Shown here: piece by piece, positions 23,716-36,000 of the stretch
How positions within the stretch are numbered: the stretch's first letter is position 1
Layout of the letters: each line of letters opens with the position of its first letter
Made by a program: the position numbers and the translations under genes
Assembly: GCA_009103225.1 (NCBI GenBank)
Contig: RHPI01003156.1
Coordinates: forward strand, 1,293,043-1,357,042
DNA length: 64,000 nt
Origin: Chlorokybus atmophyticus
Lineage: Eukaryota > Plantae > Mesostigma and Chlorokybus algae
Direction of reading: 5' to 3'
The notes under the pieces: model-generated
The model's input: only the letters and a program-made list of their open reading frames with translations
Told to the model about the DNA's origin: nothing
Databases searched by the model: none

Positions 23716-25567
23716 TTACATATCTAGGGATGGCTCTTGATGATTGGGATGAAAAGCATGTGGCTGGCGGGAATTGGGAGGTGATCTGCAACCAGATCCC
23801 CAGTGTTCCCCGCTGCTGTGCTGACCGTGGCGAGCGTCCCACTGTGCCCGTTTTACCTCCCACTCAATCTGCTCGCCTCGCAACTTCAACTCCCGCACCT
23901 CCTGCGTAGCCAAGCAGAGAACTTGAGACCTCAACGGAGTACTGAGAAAATGACTGAGTGACATGACCATTTGGCATGAAACTTGCACCAGTGCGTGCTC
24001 ACCCCTCTTAACCTGCGGTTCTCTTCGCTCAATGTGTCACACCAGTGTCGCAGCAACTCACAGTCCTGTTCGGTTTGCTTCAGCTTTGTCCTGCAAAGGC
24101 CAAAGCCATCACCAGCAGCTCTCCACATCCATAATGTTGTGCTGAGCGCATACTAGTACAGAACTAGTTCACATACCGAGCGCGGCGATTTTGAAACCAC
24201 ACTTCCACTTGCCGTGGCAGCAAATCCAACTCCTGCGACAATTCAGCTTTGCTTTCCTGCGGAATCGCACAGCGCGTCAAAGAAAGAACTCGTGCTGACA
24301 GCTGTAGCTCCGCAAGCAGCTACATACTGGAGTTAATGTGCTTTGCGACTTAAAACTTTCTTCAAGAAGGGCTACTTGTTCCCGCTTCAAGCGCAGCTTC
24401 TTCTTCGGAGGCCCGGGTTCATCCTCTTCTATTGCCTCAGAACGCCCGCTCACGCCAGCCTGCTCATGATCTCTATGCATCATGTCATAGGAAGGAGCAG
24501 CCTGTGCATACTGCGGCAGGCTAGGCTGGTGCATAGCATGCGCCTGCAGTGCCGCAGGTGAAAGCCCTCCAGAAGCTGCCACAGCAACAAGAACGTCCAC
24601 ATGAGATGGGGTGCATTGGAATAACCCATATGCCAAGTTGGGTGTTTGACATATCAAGCAAGGCAAGGTAATGGCTGTGAGGAAGTAGAAAGAATTGCAG
24701 ACAACACAAAGCGGTTGCAAGAGCAAGTACCACTGTCAAGAAGCAAAAGCTTGCGCGCAGACAGAATTCACAACAAGGAAGCGTCAGAGTTGCATGCAAG
24801 AATAGAAAGCACATGTGACATGAGAACCTACTGGACATGAGGGGAGCCTGGGTACTCAAGTGTTGGGAGAGTTGATACTGCCACAAGCGTTTCACGGATG
24901 ACACATGCACAAAGCCCAGACTGTGTACAAGCTAACGGGCAAACAGCAACCAGTGGCGGCAGCTAGGATTTGCACCTGAGTAGTACGGGTTAGGTTGAGG
25001 CGTCGCAGCTTGCGAAGGAAGAGGCTGCAGCTGGGCCATGCGTGCGTACGCCGCAAGCAGTTCTTCAGAGGAAGGCATTGGGCCGGAAGGAGGCCGTCCA
25101 GTGGGCTGAGGAGGATAGATGGTGTTAAAGAGGTGCCGCAAAACCATGGAATCAGCGGCCATCTGTGCAGCGCCGGGCGGGGGAGGCCCGCCGACGGCAG
25201 GTGACATAGAGCCAGGCTGCGGCAAGGGCCCCAAGCCCAGCGGCGGCATGAGCGGCGAAAGATGCTGTAACCGCGGCGGCATGCCGTGCTGCTGCTGCTG
25301 TTGGTGAGAAGGCACGGGAGGTGGCGGAGGAGGAGGCGGTAGTTGCTGCTGCTGCGGTGGCAAGACCATCCTAGCAGACTCTGGCGGCCCTCCAGCAGAT
25401 GCCCCGTGCGCCACCTGGCCTGGCTGCTGCTGCTGCTGCTGCTGCTGCTCGGCCTGCCCGTAACCTAGCTCTCCCCCTGTCCTTCCATGCTTATAGCGGT
25501 CCCGGGGCAGCCGCGCGGTAGGCAAGCGCTTCTCCACCACGTCAACAGAGGCCGGCCCAGTTTTCAT
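23716..25567 (-). CDS. Homeodomain-leucine zipper class II transcription factor (HAT/ATHB2-like) with a long P/Q-rich N-terminus
   Basis: [26 protein letters not shown]|[27 protein letters not shown]|[28 protein letters not shown]|EVRELK. First true ATG is at 25567. The 3' end is uncertain (possible extra exon below 23700). Confidence 0.93.
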
Positions 25568-27029
25568 CCAGCCGCCTCCAGCCCCCCAGCTGCAAACTAA
25601 GCGACTGACCTTTACCTCCTTCCCCGCTTGCCCTTGCAACAACCCTTACAGAAACCCACACGACGCCCGAGCTTTCACCCGCACGTCCGCTCGCCCGTAT
25701 GCCCGTTAACCCGTCCCTGACCAGCCACACTGACCCTGCCCGCAGCAACGCCGAAAACGCCGCCGCCGGCTACACAATACCAGCCAGGTTACGGTTTTCG
25801 AGTGTTGTACCACTGGGGGGTTGAATGAGTGCGTTATCAATCACGTAACCTCGTGGTTTTGCCCATACCTTTCCAACCTCATGATTATATTATGATGTCA
25901 AGCGCGGATTGGCAGGATGCGGGCTCCGCTTGTCATCGCATGGCATCGCATTGCCTAGCGGGGACAGAACAGGCATTGAAAGACTTTGGCTTCCAATGTC
26001 GCTGTAGCGCGAAGCGGCGCCGAAATGTTGCGCAGCGCGGCAGCCAAAAAATCGCCCTGCCTGCCAGTTTTTGCAGGCCGCGGAACTGGCTTCGGCTCCA
26101 CGTAAGGAAGGGTATCCGCCGCGCCGACGCGCAAGATCCGTACGGCAGGCGGGGCGGCCCCAACCGAAGGGGCCTTCCCGGAAAGCGGAGCCAAAACATT
26201 TTCTCTTCCGCTGCCTCGTTTCGGGTTTTCGCTGCTCTTATGCCTGCCTGCACACAGCGGGGCTGACATGACATGACACTGCGCCGGCCCCAGGATTGAA
26301 TGAAATTGAGTGCATTGAGTGCAGTCAAGTTGAGTTGCGCGGCTGATTGAAAACAATTAATAGTATATTGATTGATGCGGGGCGGGGGAAGCATCGGACG
26401 TGGATTGATAGCTCACGCGCCGCGGAGCGCCCGCTGAGCACCACACGATCGACCCATACATCATTGCCAATGATTTTAGTATTATTTTTTCTGCATGTCG
26501 GCAGTTGGGGAGACGGGGCGCCTCGTTTTTTCTGTTCAGAAGCCGCTGTTTTTCTGGCTCACCTCTCGACACAATCAAAAAGGAGGGTTATCACAGGACA
26601 ACTCTCCACGGAGGGTCGAGTGTAATCGGCCACATGAACCAGTTACATGCCGCACTCACCGGCACATGTCAAGGTAGAGTTCATTTCTCGTGGCCATCAT
26701 GACCGGTAAGCTGTTTCCAACCGACAGGTCTGCTGAGATATTTGCTATAATGCTCCTTGCAATGGTTGGCCAGGCGTTGTCACAAGCTGCGACTCGCAAC
26801 AGGCTGTCGCCAACAGCGCCTTCGGGACTGACCAAAGCGGTAGTTTGCCATTGGATGGCATTACATCCAACGATGACAATCAATCGACAGAACAGTAAAG
26901 AACAGTGTGGCCAGTGCACGAAATAAGCAATCAGTGCTTACGGCCTGCCCTCGCTATAGGCCTGGCACTCTATAATAACAGCCCTCGAACTGACGTACAG
27001 CCTGCAAAAAGCCAACACTCATGAACCGA

Positions 27030-28780
27030 ATACAGGTAATCATGACATGTGAATGTAACACTACAGTCTACCTCTGCTATATAGTCATCACGTCTATCCT
27101 TCAACTCATTATTCCACTAACGGGGTTATCTGTTGGCATTCAAGAGATCAAATTCAATATATCGCATTAAACATGTACCAACCAATAAGGTTGATATGCT
27201 GTACTGTAACTTATATGCGCATGGCTTAGCAAAAGGCCTGGTTTTTCAGTGAGCAATTTGCTTTTCAATTATATAGTCAAGTCAAGGTCTGCTGCATATA
27301 GTCGGCGAGAAGCGTATATTGATACAACATGACTGCCGACTCTACGATATTTTATGCTTTTCACGATATTAAAAATGCATACATATGTGCGTCGTAACAA
27401 CGCAATGGAACAGAGTGCGCATGCAATGATATAATAGCATGCTTGGTTGTCTATCCAGGATAAATATATGCATTTCGCAACGCACGTGTGTGCTTAGCAC
27501 GCTCGCGCAAGTTGCTTTGTACATGCACAGAAACTCATGTTTAAGATATCTTGCAACAACAGGCAGCGTTCAACCAACAGCGTGGGTTTAAGCAACATCT
27601 GTTAAAGCTGGGATGCACAACAATACCACACTTGTATATGACTATAAAATTATATAAGCAACCACTTAAACCGCGGTTTATAGCAGCATCATTTAAGACA
27701 TCACTCACGGATGCCTCCATTTACCTAGCCAACTCTTACAAGGCAATGATGCAAATAGCACATGACATTTGGTCAGAGGTATGTGCAAAAGTAGGTGTTG
27801 CGGTGTTTGCACAAAACTCATGGGTGATGACTGAATCTGTGGGTGTGCTGTGAGTTCTGGATTACCGTAACACCACACAAAGCCCGGTACTTTTGCAGTC
27901 TTATGATTATACAACTGTGTATACAAATATAACACATGTAGAGCTCAAGGCTTGAGTGAAACAACTTGTGTATATGATCTATGAACGTCATTATCATCTT
28001 AAGCACGCAGCTGTCCTACAAGTAGATGATACGGAGAACAAACCTACCTATAAGTGGTTGCGGGCATGCCCCATACGTTTAGAACGCAATTAATTGGATT
28101 GAATGCTTTGACAAAAACGACATGTGCGAGATACGTGACTTCGTGGTGGATAACCCATGTCACCACCGCAAAGGATAGAGTGCACGAGCTAGTCATTGGC
28201 ATTCCCATGAGTAATAACGCGTGTGTTCTGATTGATATATATCTGTTCACTTATCAGTTGGAGGACATATCTAGCGGTTGGCTGCAGCAGGGGATGTACA
28301 GTACTTAACAACGGTTGCGAACAATACAACACGTTTTATGGATGACCTGTTTGTTGTAAATATTCCGGAATGTCAAGTTAATACGTATATACGTCAGTTG
28401 TTCAGAGGTGTAGATGTACATTTGCAAGACAGTTAATCAAGGCCTATGTAGAAAATTGTACGACAAGAAGAGAGAACCGTGCTTTAAGCACGTGCCCACA
28501 CAGCGCGCCCACATCCACATTTAATATGTATAAGCAAACCAAGCTAAGTGTGGTGAGTCGGTTCATACTTTCTCAAAAACTCTGCACACAGCAAAAGCAT
28601 TTCATGCATAAGATTGTCAACCTTCTCAATAATATGCAGTTGCAAGGCTACAAGATGTCAGCGCTGTTGCATAAGCTGAGGGGACGAATGTGGCATGATA
28701 CAAGGTTGTGGTATGGTGTCACGACAAGACATATCTTTCACATGATTGCAAGAGTGTGCAAGGAAGTGCGGAGAGCATAG
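27030..28780 (+). pseudogene. Decayed Penelope-like retroelement reverse transcriptase (Chlamys/Naiad-type)
   Basis: LAKGLVFQ; IPHLYMTIKLYKQPLKPRFIAAS; QSYDYTTVYTNITH.ELKA; FVVDN; VIGIPMSNNACV; RFMDDLF (28332-28352); LYDKKREP; C-terminal thumb. Several frameshifts and stops. Confidence 0.88.
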
Positions 28781-29508
28781 TAGTATGCCCGCACATGTAC
28801 AGTCAGTCAGTCAATCACAGTCCCCTACACTTCATGCAAGCATGGGTGTGAGCAGGCATGCAGCATGCACAGCATGAACGCACAGCATGTGCATAGCCCC
28901 ACATAAGAATACTTCGGTGTTCAAGGTGTTTTCAACACCACTCCGTTGTGGTTTGCTATCACCACTCACCACTCACCACTCACATTTCGTAACGCGCTTG
29001 CACTGATCACACCTAATCTAGCGGTTGCGAGCAGGCACTGCGGACTTAAAACCCCTATGGCGGCCACAGTCAAACGGCCCATTGTTTGGCAGTGACTGAC
29101 TGTGACGCTGTCATCTCAGGTGACTGCGGTGAAGGGCACTACAATGATCATGTTGGTGTTGGCAGCTCGAGGTTTGGGCCAGCTCCGAGCTGCCGCTGTG
29201 GTTTGCTTGCTGGTTGTGCATACTGTTGTTGATGGCTATGTTGCCACCTATGTGTTTGTGCGGACATTGGATGCATACTAGCACCCTACACGGCTGTGGA
29301 CATAGCATGACTGCGTGCGTAGCATCGCACACAGTCAAAGTTCTATTTTGCATATGCACAGAATCATGGTGGACGGCAGAACCGGCTTTGGTGTTGATCT
29401 CACGCTAACATGCTTGTTAAAAGTAATTCAGCAAACCTCACCACCTTAATTAAGCGACCCAAGCGCAAGATGCTATAGCAAAATTATATATGCAAATGCC
29501 TGCAGAGT

Positions 29509-32255
29509 TCAAGAGCCACTTTTCACAATCATATTTCCACTTAGGCTGAAGTCCACATCCAACTCCGGTGAAGGCGACTCGAGGTCATCGTTGCGCGATG
29601 TTGACAACGCATCGTAGCGGGCTGCCCCGCTCGAGTGCGTCCTTCCCAGCAAGAAAGGGATGGAATCACTAAGCCACCAAAAAGCTGCAGCAGTGGCCCC
29701 GACAGCAAATCCGCCCGCTGTATTCTTGAAGGCAAGGGCAGCTCCCGCCGTGAACAGCATTACCGACACGTCGCGTACCGTCTGTTGATCGCGGCAGGTT
29801 GATGCCAGTTCAACGCCAGATATCGCCAGCAGGACTCCCAGAAACTGATTATGGTGTTGGTCAGTCAAGCGGCATGCATGCAACTGCAATTGATCTTGAT
29901 ACTGCCAATTTGAATCAAGTCAGCGCACCGTGGCAGGAAACAGTTGGAGGATGAAAATCAGCGTGCTTCCAAGGGTGAGCGCAAACACCTGCACAAAGGC
30001 AGGGGCATCTGTCAGTTGGTGTAGCACAGATCCTGCCTTCAGCTACAGTATCCTCATGTTAGTTGTGCTGTAAGCATCGACTCTTCTTCAATCTCGACCA
30101 GCGTGCATCAGCTTGACGTGAAACGGCTCTGCCAGGCATTAGCAGGGCGGGGCTTGTTGTTCATCATTCTGAACTCTACTGAGGTGTGCGCACAGCTGTG
30201 GGCTTGCATTAACAGTCCCAAGGACACATTGACAGGCTCATTGACTAACATGTGTGAGTTACTCTTACCACTTTGCCAATGCCCAGCATGACAACAGCAG
30301 CCCCGGAGCGTGCGCCAAACTTGTATTGTGCAGCGAGCCCTCCAGCGCCATGACAACACGGCAACGCGCCAAACCAGCACCCAACTGCAGGCCCACGAAT
30401 GCGCACACCCACATAGTGACACGCATATCAACAACCTCACAATGCTGCACACCAGCTATAGCTTGTACACAATGCTGGTTGCAAGCTTACCCAAGTTCAT
30501 GAGGCCGACACTTATGCTGATTGCACGAGGAGAGGCCTGACGCTCAGGAAACAGATCCTCAGAGAGCTTGCAGACGGCAATGACCGAGTTCAATGCCGTC
30601 AAAGGCAACTGCGGGACAGCGCCTCGTACAAACCCTGCATTGCAACCAATGGCATGTGAGTGTGTTGTAAGTCAACTGATACCAAGTGCTGTGGCTTTGC
30701 CAAAAAGCCCTGCACACGTTCAATAAGCTTTAACAAGACATGGAGTGCATGCGCTACCCGTTGTGCAGTCGCTGAATGTGGGTGTGAGCAGCTTTGGCAC
30801 GCTCGGTCCGAGCCGCAACTTGGCAAAAAGCACTAAGGGCTGGCGAACAACTGCAAGGAACGCACCAACCGCGACAAGAATGAGCGCTGCGGGTATCAGC
30901 ACTCGCCTATAGCTTGCGCCTGCACTGCAAACATTGTAAATTTAAGTATGGTCATGTCTAGTAACATGTGTTTGAACTAATTGTTTCCAGGTGCAGACGT
31001 ACCATGCAATGCTGTTATTGGAAGTGCGCAGCGGAGGGGCAGTTGCTATTAGGACAAATGCAGCGGCCACGCCAGCTAGCAGCAGCCCGTCAAAGCCCAT
31101 CACCGGTCTCACGGCACTGTTGCTGTACAGAAGGGTTTGCAAGCCCTTCCCCGCCAAGGAGAGTCCCAGCCCCAACTGCATGCCGCGCACCTTGCTTGCG
31201 ATAAAAGCTCCAGTCATTCAAAGGACTGGCATGCAGCTGGGTGGTGATGGTGAGTAGTGCAATGAAGAACAGTAGTATTTGTATGCTATATTCGTCAGTA
31301 TTAATGTTACTGCTACACATAACGGTATCGTAGGCGCAACACGACTTACCACGGATAAGGGGACTACTCTGTTGAGCATGTCAATTAGACCAGTCAGGCC
31401 GAGACCAAGAACAATTGCACTTGTTGCGATGCCCGCCAAAAGAACCTGTGAAAGGCACAAACACTCAGCTTGTTGCTGAACACATATATGCACTTGTACA
31501 TGCTTCTATGCGAATGTATCCACTCACATGCATATGCAAGGCAAAGTACATACTTCACACCTGTGGGAGAGTCAAGCCTTCAGCCAGCGCCACGGCTGCA
31601 ATCGACTTCATAGGCTGCAGTTTGATTGCAAGTGTGAGATTGTGTGTCTATGAAAACCCACAGCCATGCCTCCATCCATTAACAGCAACTCTCGACTCAC
31701 TTGCACGGGCATGGGGATGCCAAACATCAGCCCGTTGTAGATGTTGTACATGCCAGTAAAGAGCAAGGTTGTGCCAAGGTCCAGGCCAACAGACACCGTC
31801 AGGGCAACAGCCAAAGGCAAGAACGTGCCAAGGTCGCCTGCGAATGGCGTACGTGTGTACAGCTCTTAGCGGATAGAGAGTGTGGGAAGCGCACGAGTTG
31901 CTTGATAATCAACATTGTAATGGGGCAAGCTTGGCTGCATGCAGTCGAACAAATTATTCAAGCCATCGTTGTACAACCAGCTGGTCAGAGCTTATGCATG
32001 TACAATTGCACAGCTTGATCTACAAGGGTCTTTTTCCTTTACGCTCAGCAGCACAACTTGCAGTTTGTGCAACTTGTGCAATGCATGCTCACCTAGAGCC
32101 CCGCTGGCTTCTTGCCATGTGGCGTCATGCTGCAGATTCTCCCTCCAACGCTCCCACAACCTCTTCAGCGACATTGTGGGCGACGACACCGACGCCCCCG
32201 CCCCTGTTCCCGCCGCCGAGGCGGCGGCACCGCTGCCACGTGGCACAGCCTCCAT
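29509..32255 (-). CDS. MOT1: Molybdate transporter, MOT1 family, multi-exon
   Basis: WQEASGALG|DLGTFLPLAVAL...GLMFGIPMPVQ|PMKSIAAVA; LNRVVPLSVV; GAMPVCHGAGGLAAQ; FGARSG; LGVLLAISGVELA. Confidence 0.92.
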
Positions 32256-33065
32256 GCTATGCTTGCCGCACGCAAGTCCAATTATTTCGATGGAATCCGC
32301 CCGTAACGTTTTCAATGTTTGGGCCGTATTCGTGAATCTGATTCTTGCAGTTTACATGCGTTCTATTGGCGCAACCTAGACTCGGAATCTCCAATTGTTT
32401 CACGGAACCCCGCAAACAATCGGGCGCTTTCCGTATTATCTTTTTGCTGGCAGGGCCGTAGCTGTAGCTGTGGCTTTAGGTGTAGCTGTAGGTGTAGCGT
32501 AGCTGGGCGGTGGCCGCTGCGCCGGCGGCGGCGGTGGTGAAGGCGAGGCTTTCGGTCGTCGTGTTGGTACGTACGTCTATGTGAGCACGTCAAGAGTGGG
32601 GTGAGCTTCACATTCGCTGTATTGTGATGGTGAAGTGGCATGATGCTTTCCTGGGTGTTGACGCTCTGTGTGCTGGTCCGGTGTGGTCTGGTCAGGCTGC
32701 TGTTGGTCCGTCGTGGGACTGTCACACAGTCAAGCTCACGTTGTGTGTGGGTAATGACGACGAGACTGTGACAGCCATGCGTGCGTGTTTGCTGGCAGCG
32801 CTTCTTGCACTCTCACATGTGTCGTTACTAGCTGATATGTCAAACTCAAGCTAGCGTTTGAATCAACTGCTGCAGCCAATGTGTCTATCACTTCTAGTGC
32901 TTATAAGAGACTCCTCAGTGCAGTTGGTTGAGCAATGGCCTGCGGTGTGCCGGCATGCATGCTACACTGCATGCTCCACCCAGCCTTGCATGCAGCCTGC
33001 TCCACCCACTCTTGACGCACAGCTGACTTGCAGTGCCTGCGTGTGGCACTGCAAACAGCTCCAAC

Positions 33066-36000
33066 ATGCCGCCAAAGTTGAGGGTAGCAGTGATAGGCCA
33101 GTCCCTCTTTGGTGCGACCGCGTACTCGCGGCTGCGTGAAGATGGCCACACCATCGTTGGGGTGTTCACTGTGCCTGACGTCAAAGGCCGCCCAGACCCG
33201 ATTGCCATTGCAGCGGAGAAGGATGGTGTGCCTGTTTTTAAGGTGAGCTGTGGCAGTGTGCATGGAATTACCCGTGTATGCTTGTGTGTACACAGAGGAC
33301 AAGTGTGTGTGTATGCATGCCATGTGTATAGGTATGGGATTATACATTTATGAGCTGCTGTTCGTTTGGTCGGCACCGTTTACAGTAGCGACCAATGTTG
33401 TCTGCAAGCTTTGCCACAACATGTCTGCGTTGTAGTTACATATCGCACTGCAAATGAACGGTTGAGTGCATGCAGTGCCTCCACCCTTAGGAGGGAGGGG
33501 GGGGGGGGGGGGGGGGGGGGGNNNNNNNNNNNNNNNNNNNNNNNNNNNNNNNNNNNNNNNNNNNNNNNNNNNNNNNNNNNNNNNNNNNNNNNNNNNNNNN
33601 NNNNNNNNNNNNNNNNNNNNNNNNNNNNNNNNNNNNNNNNNNNNNNNNNNNNNGGGGGGATGTGTGTGTGTAGTGGTCGAAAGCACAGCATGGTTTCGTA
33701 ACATTGATATCTTGCGTGCATACCGAGCACAGCCAGCATATGGAACACGCACATGAGAGCTGTCGTCCACTTACCTTGTCACAAAGCTCATATGCGTGTC
33801 GCATGAGTTGTCGAGGCGTGGGGTGGGAAAAGGGTGTATGTACGGGGCTCATCACATGCATGGTGGGTAGGTAGAGCGATGGAAGGCGCTGAAAAAGGAT
33901 GGGGGCGCTGTCATCCCCGCAGTGCTGGACCAGTACAAGAGTGTGGGCGCAGAGCTGAATGTCTTGGCATTCGTAACACAGGTAAAGCTACAAGACCAGT
34001 TGCATGATCGACGTAGCTTAGCATACACACATTCGCGCAGAGCAATGTCCTGTGCAGTTTATTCCGATGGAGGTGAACGATTTCCCCAAGCACGGGTCCA
34101 TCATATACCATCCCTCATTGCTGCCGAGGCATCGCGGTGCCAGCGCCATCAACTGGGCTCTCATGTGCGGCGACAAGAAGACCGGTTTCACAGTGTTCTG
34201 GGCGGATGATGGCCTGGACACTGGACCCATACTGCTGATGAAAGAGTGCCCCGTCAAAGATGATGATACGGTCAACACCCTGTACTCCAGCTTCCTGTTT
34301 CCCGAAGGCATCAATGGTGCGTTGACAACTGGTTCATGATTGTTTTGCGCAATACAGTGCCGTGCAATCAGCGTTATGAGACTTGATGCATGGTGCATTG
34401 TGGTTCGTTTGCTACACATGCCCATGCGCGTACACACATTATCAACATGCATACAGACGCATGCATGCACACCCAAGTGCACTTACGCACACAGACATGT
34501 ATGTGCACGCGCACACACATGCCAACATGCCTACACACGAGTGCACATGCACCCACGCATGCATGTACACTTGCTCATACCTGCCAGCATGCTTGCTTAC
34601 AAGTTGCACACGCTACGCAGGCATATCAGAGGCCGTGCAGCTGATAGCTGAGGGCAGGGCCCCGCGCATAACGCAACCAACAGAAGGTGCAACGTATGAC
34701 CCCATTTGGAAAAACAAAGACCAGGCTAAGATCGATTGGTCGAAGACGGCAGAGGAGATTCACAACTTCATCCGCGGCAATGACAAAGTTCCGGGTGCTT
34801 GGGCAAATATCAACGGACAGCAGGTGCGTTGTCATAGTGAAGAAAAAAGCAGGTAGCTGATGTAAACAGACATGATTGGTTGTGTCAGTGGCTTTCATCG
34901 CCCAAAGGTATAACACAACTACTCCCTGCATCAACCCTTGGAGAATGGAGAAGTGCCATGGGCGCAATGCAGCAGTTGCATTGCAGGCAATCGGACTGTA
35001 CATCATACTTGCAATGTGGTGACTCTGCGGTTGTGCCTTGCAGGTCACCGTTTATGGGTCAACATACATCGATCGCCACCATTACTTCCCATCGCAGCAC
35101 GACGGGCCTACTGTTGAGGTTGAAGGCGCGTCGCAGCCCGGCATTGTCACAGAAGCAGGGCTGGTGCTGACTGGCTCGGATGGCAAACGCCTCCTGGTGC
35201 AGACTGTGCAGGTGATATGCATGCACAACCACTGTTGGCACAGTCTATCAGTGCATATAGACATGTTGCCACGAACAATGTCTCTATCAAAGTCTGTCCA
35301 ACCAGGCCTAATGTTCTTCATACCCGAAACAACATATCAATGCGTTGCAGAATGGCTAGTGAGCCTTCTCCTGACAGTTCCCTGCCTTGCGCGTCATTGA
35401 CGCTGATACTTTGCTCTTGCACTGTGTGCATGTCCGTGTGCGTGTGGACAGGTCGGCGCAAAGACGATGCCCGCGAGCAAGATTTTGTCACCAGATGAGG
35501 GCGCTCAAGAGCTCGAGCTGACGCCTGAAGAGAAGAAGCTTGAGGCGGGCTTGAAGTCGATCTGGCAGTCTATTCTAGGCGCTGAATCCATCCGACCCAC
35601 TACAGACTTCTTCGCGTCTGGTGCTGGGTCGATGGACGTCACACGCCTCACAGAGACCGTGCGTGCACAACTCGGTGTCGCAATCACCCCCGAACAGGTG
35701 CTGAGGACAACATCACAATGAATGCCTCAATAGCTACCCATCCGTCACTTGTTGGGTATACTACACTGGCGTGTACTTCCGAGCACGTGTGTATAGCATA
35801 CTCTCTGCGCTTCCGTTGCATACGCGTCTACAATAGTTCGTCTTGTGGGTTCAGGTGTTCATGAACACCAAGTTTGGGGACTTTGTGACGGCGGCAGTGC
35901 TTGCCTCGCGCAGTGGTGGGGAGATTGTCGTGGAGTATGACGCGCATGAGGTGGAGGCGAATAGCATGAAGCTGCGGTTCCCGACACAATTGTTCATTGA

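Noticed and set aside
27851-27955. Two in-frame TGA codons in the PLE RT as possible selenocysteine recoding (reported for some Naiad elements)
   Set aside because: Both sit where Arg is plausible (ELKA-R-VKQL), so CGA>TGA CpG decay explains them. The ORF also has TAA stops and frameshifts.
26700-29100. Hammerhead ribozyme or pseudo-LTR flanking the PLE
   Set aside because: No CUGANGA...GAAA core with compatible stems was found by eye. An Infernal search is needed to exclude it.
33491-33660. Poly-G tract as a G-quadruplex or regulatory element
   Set aside because: It flanks an assembly gap, so its length and sequence are unreliable.
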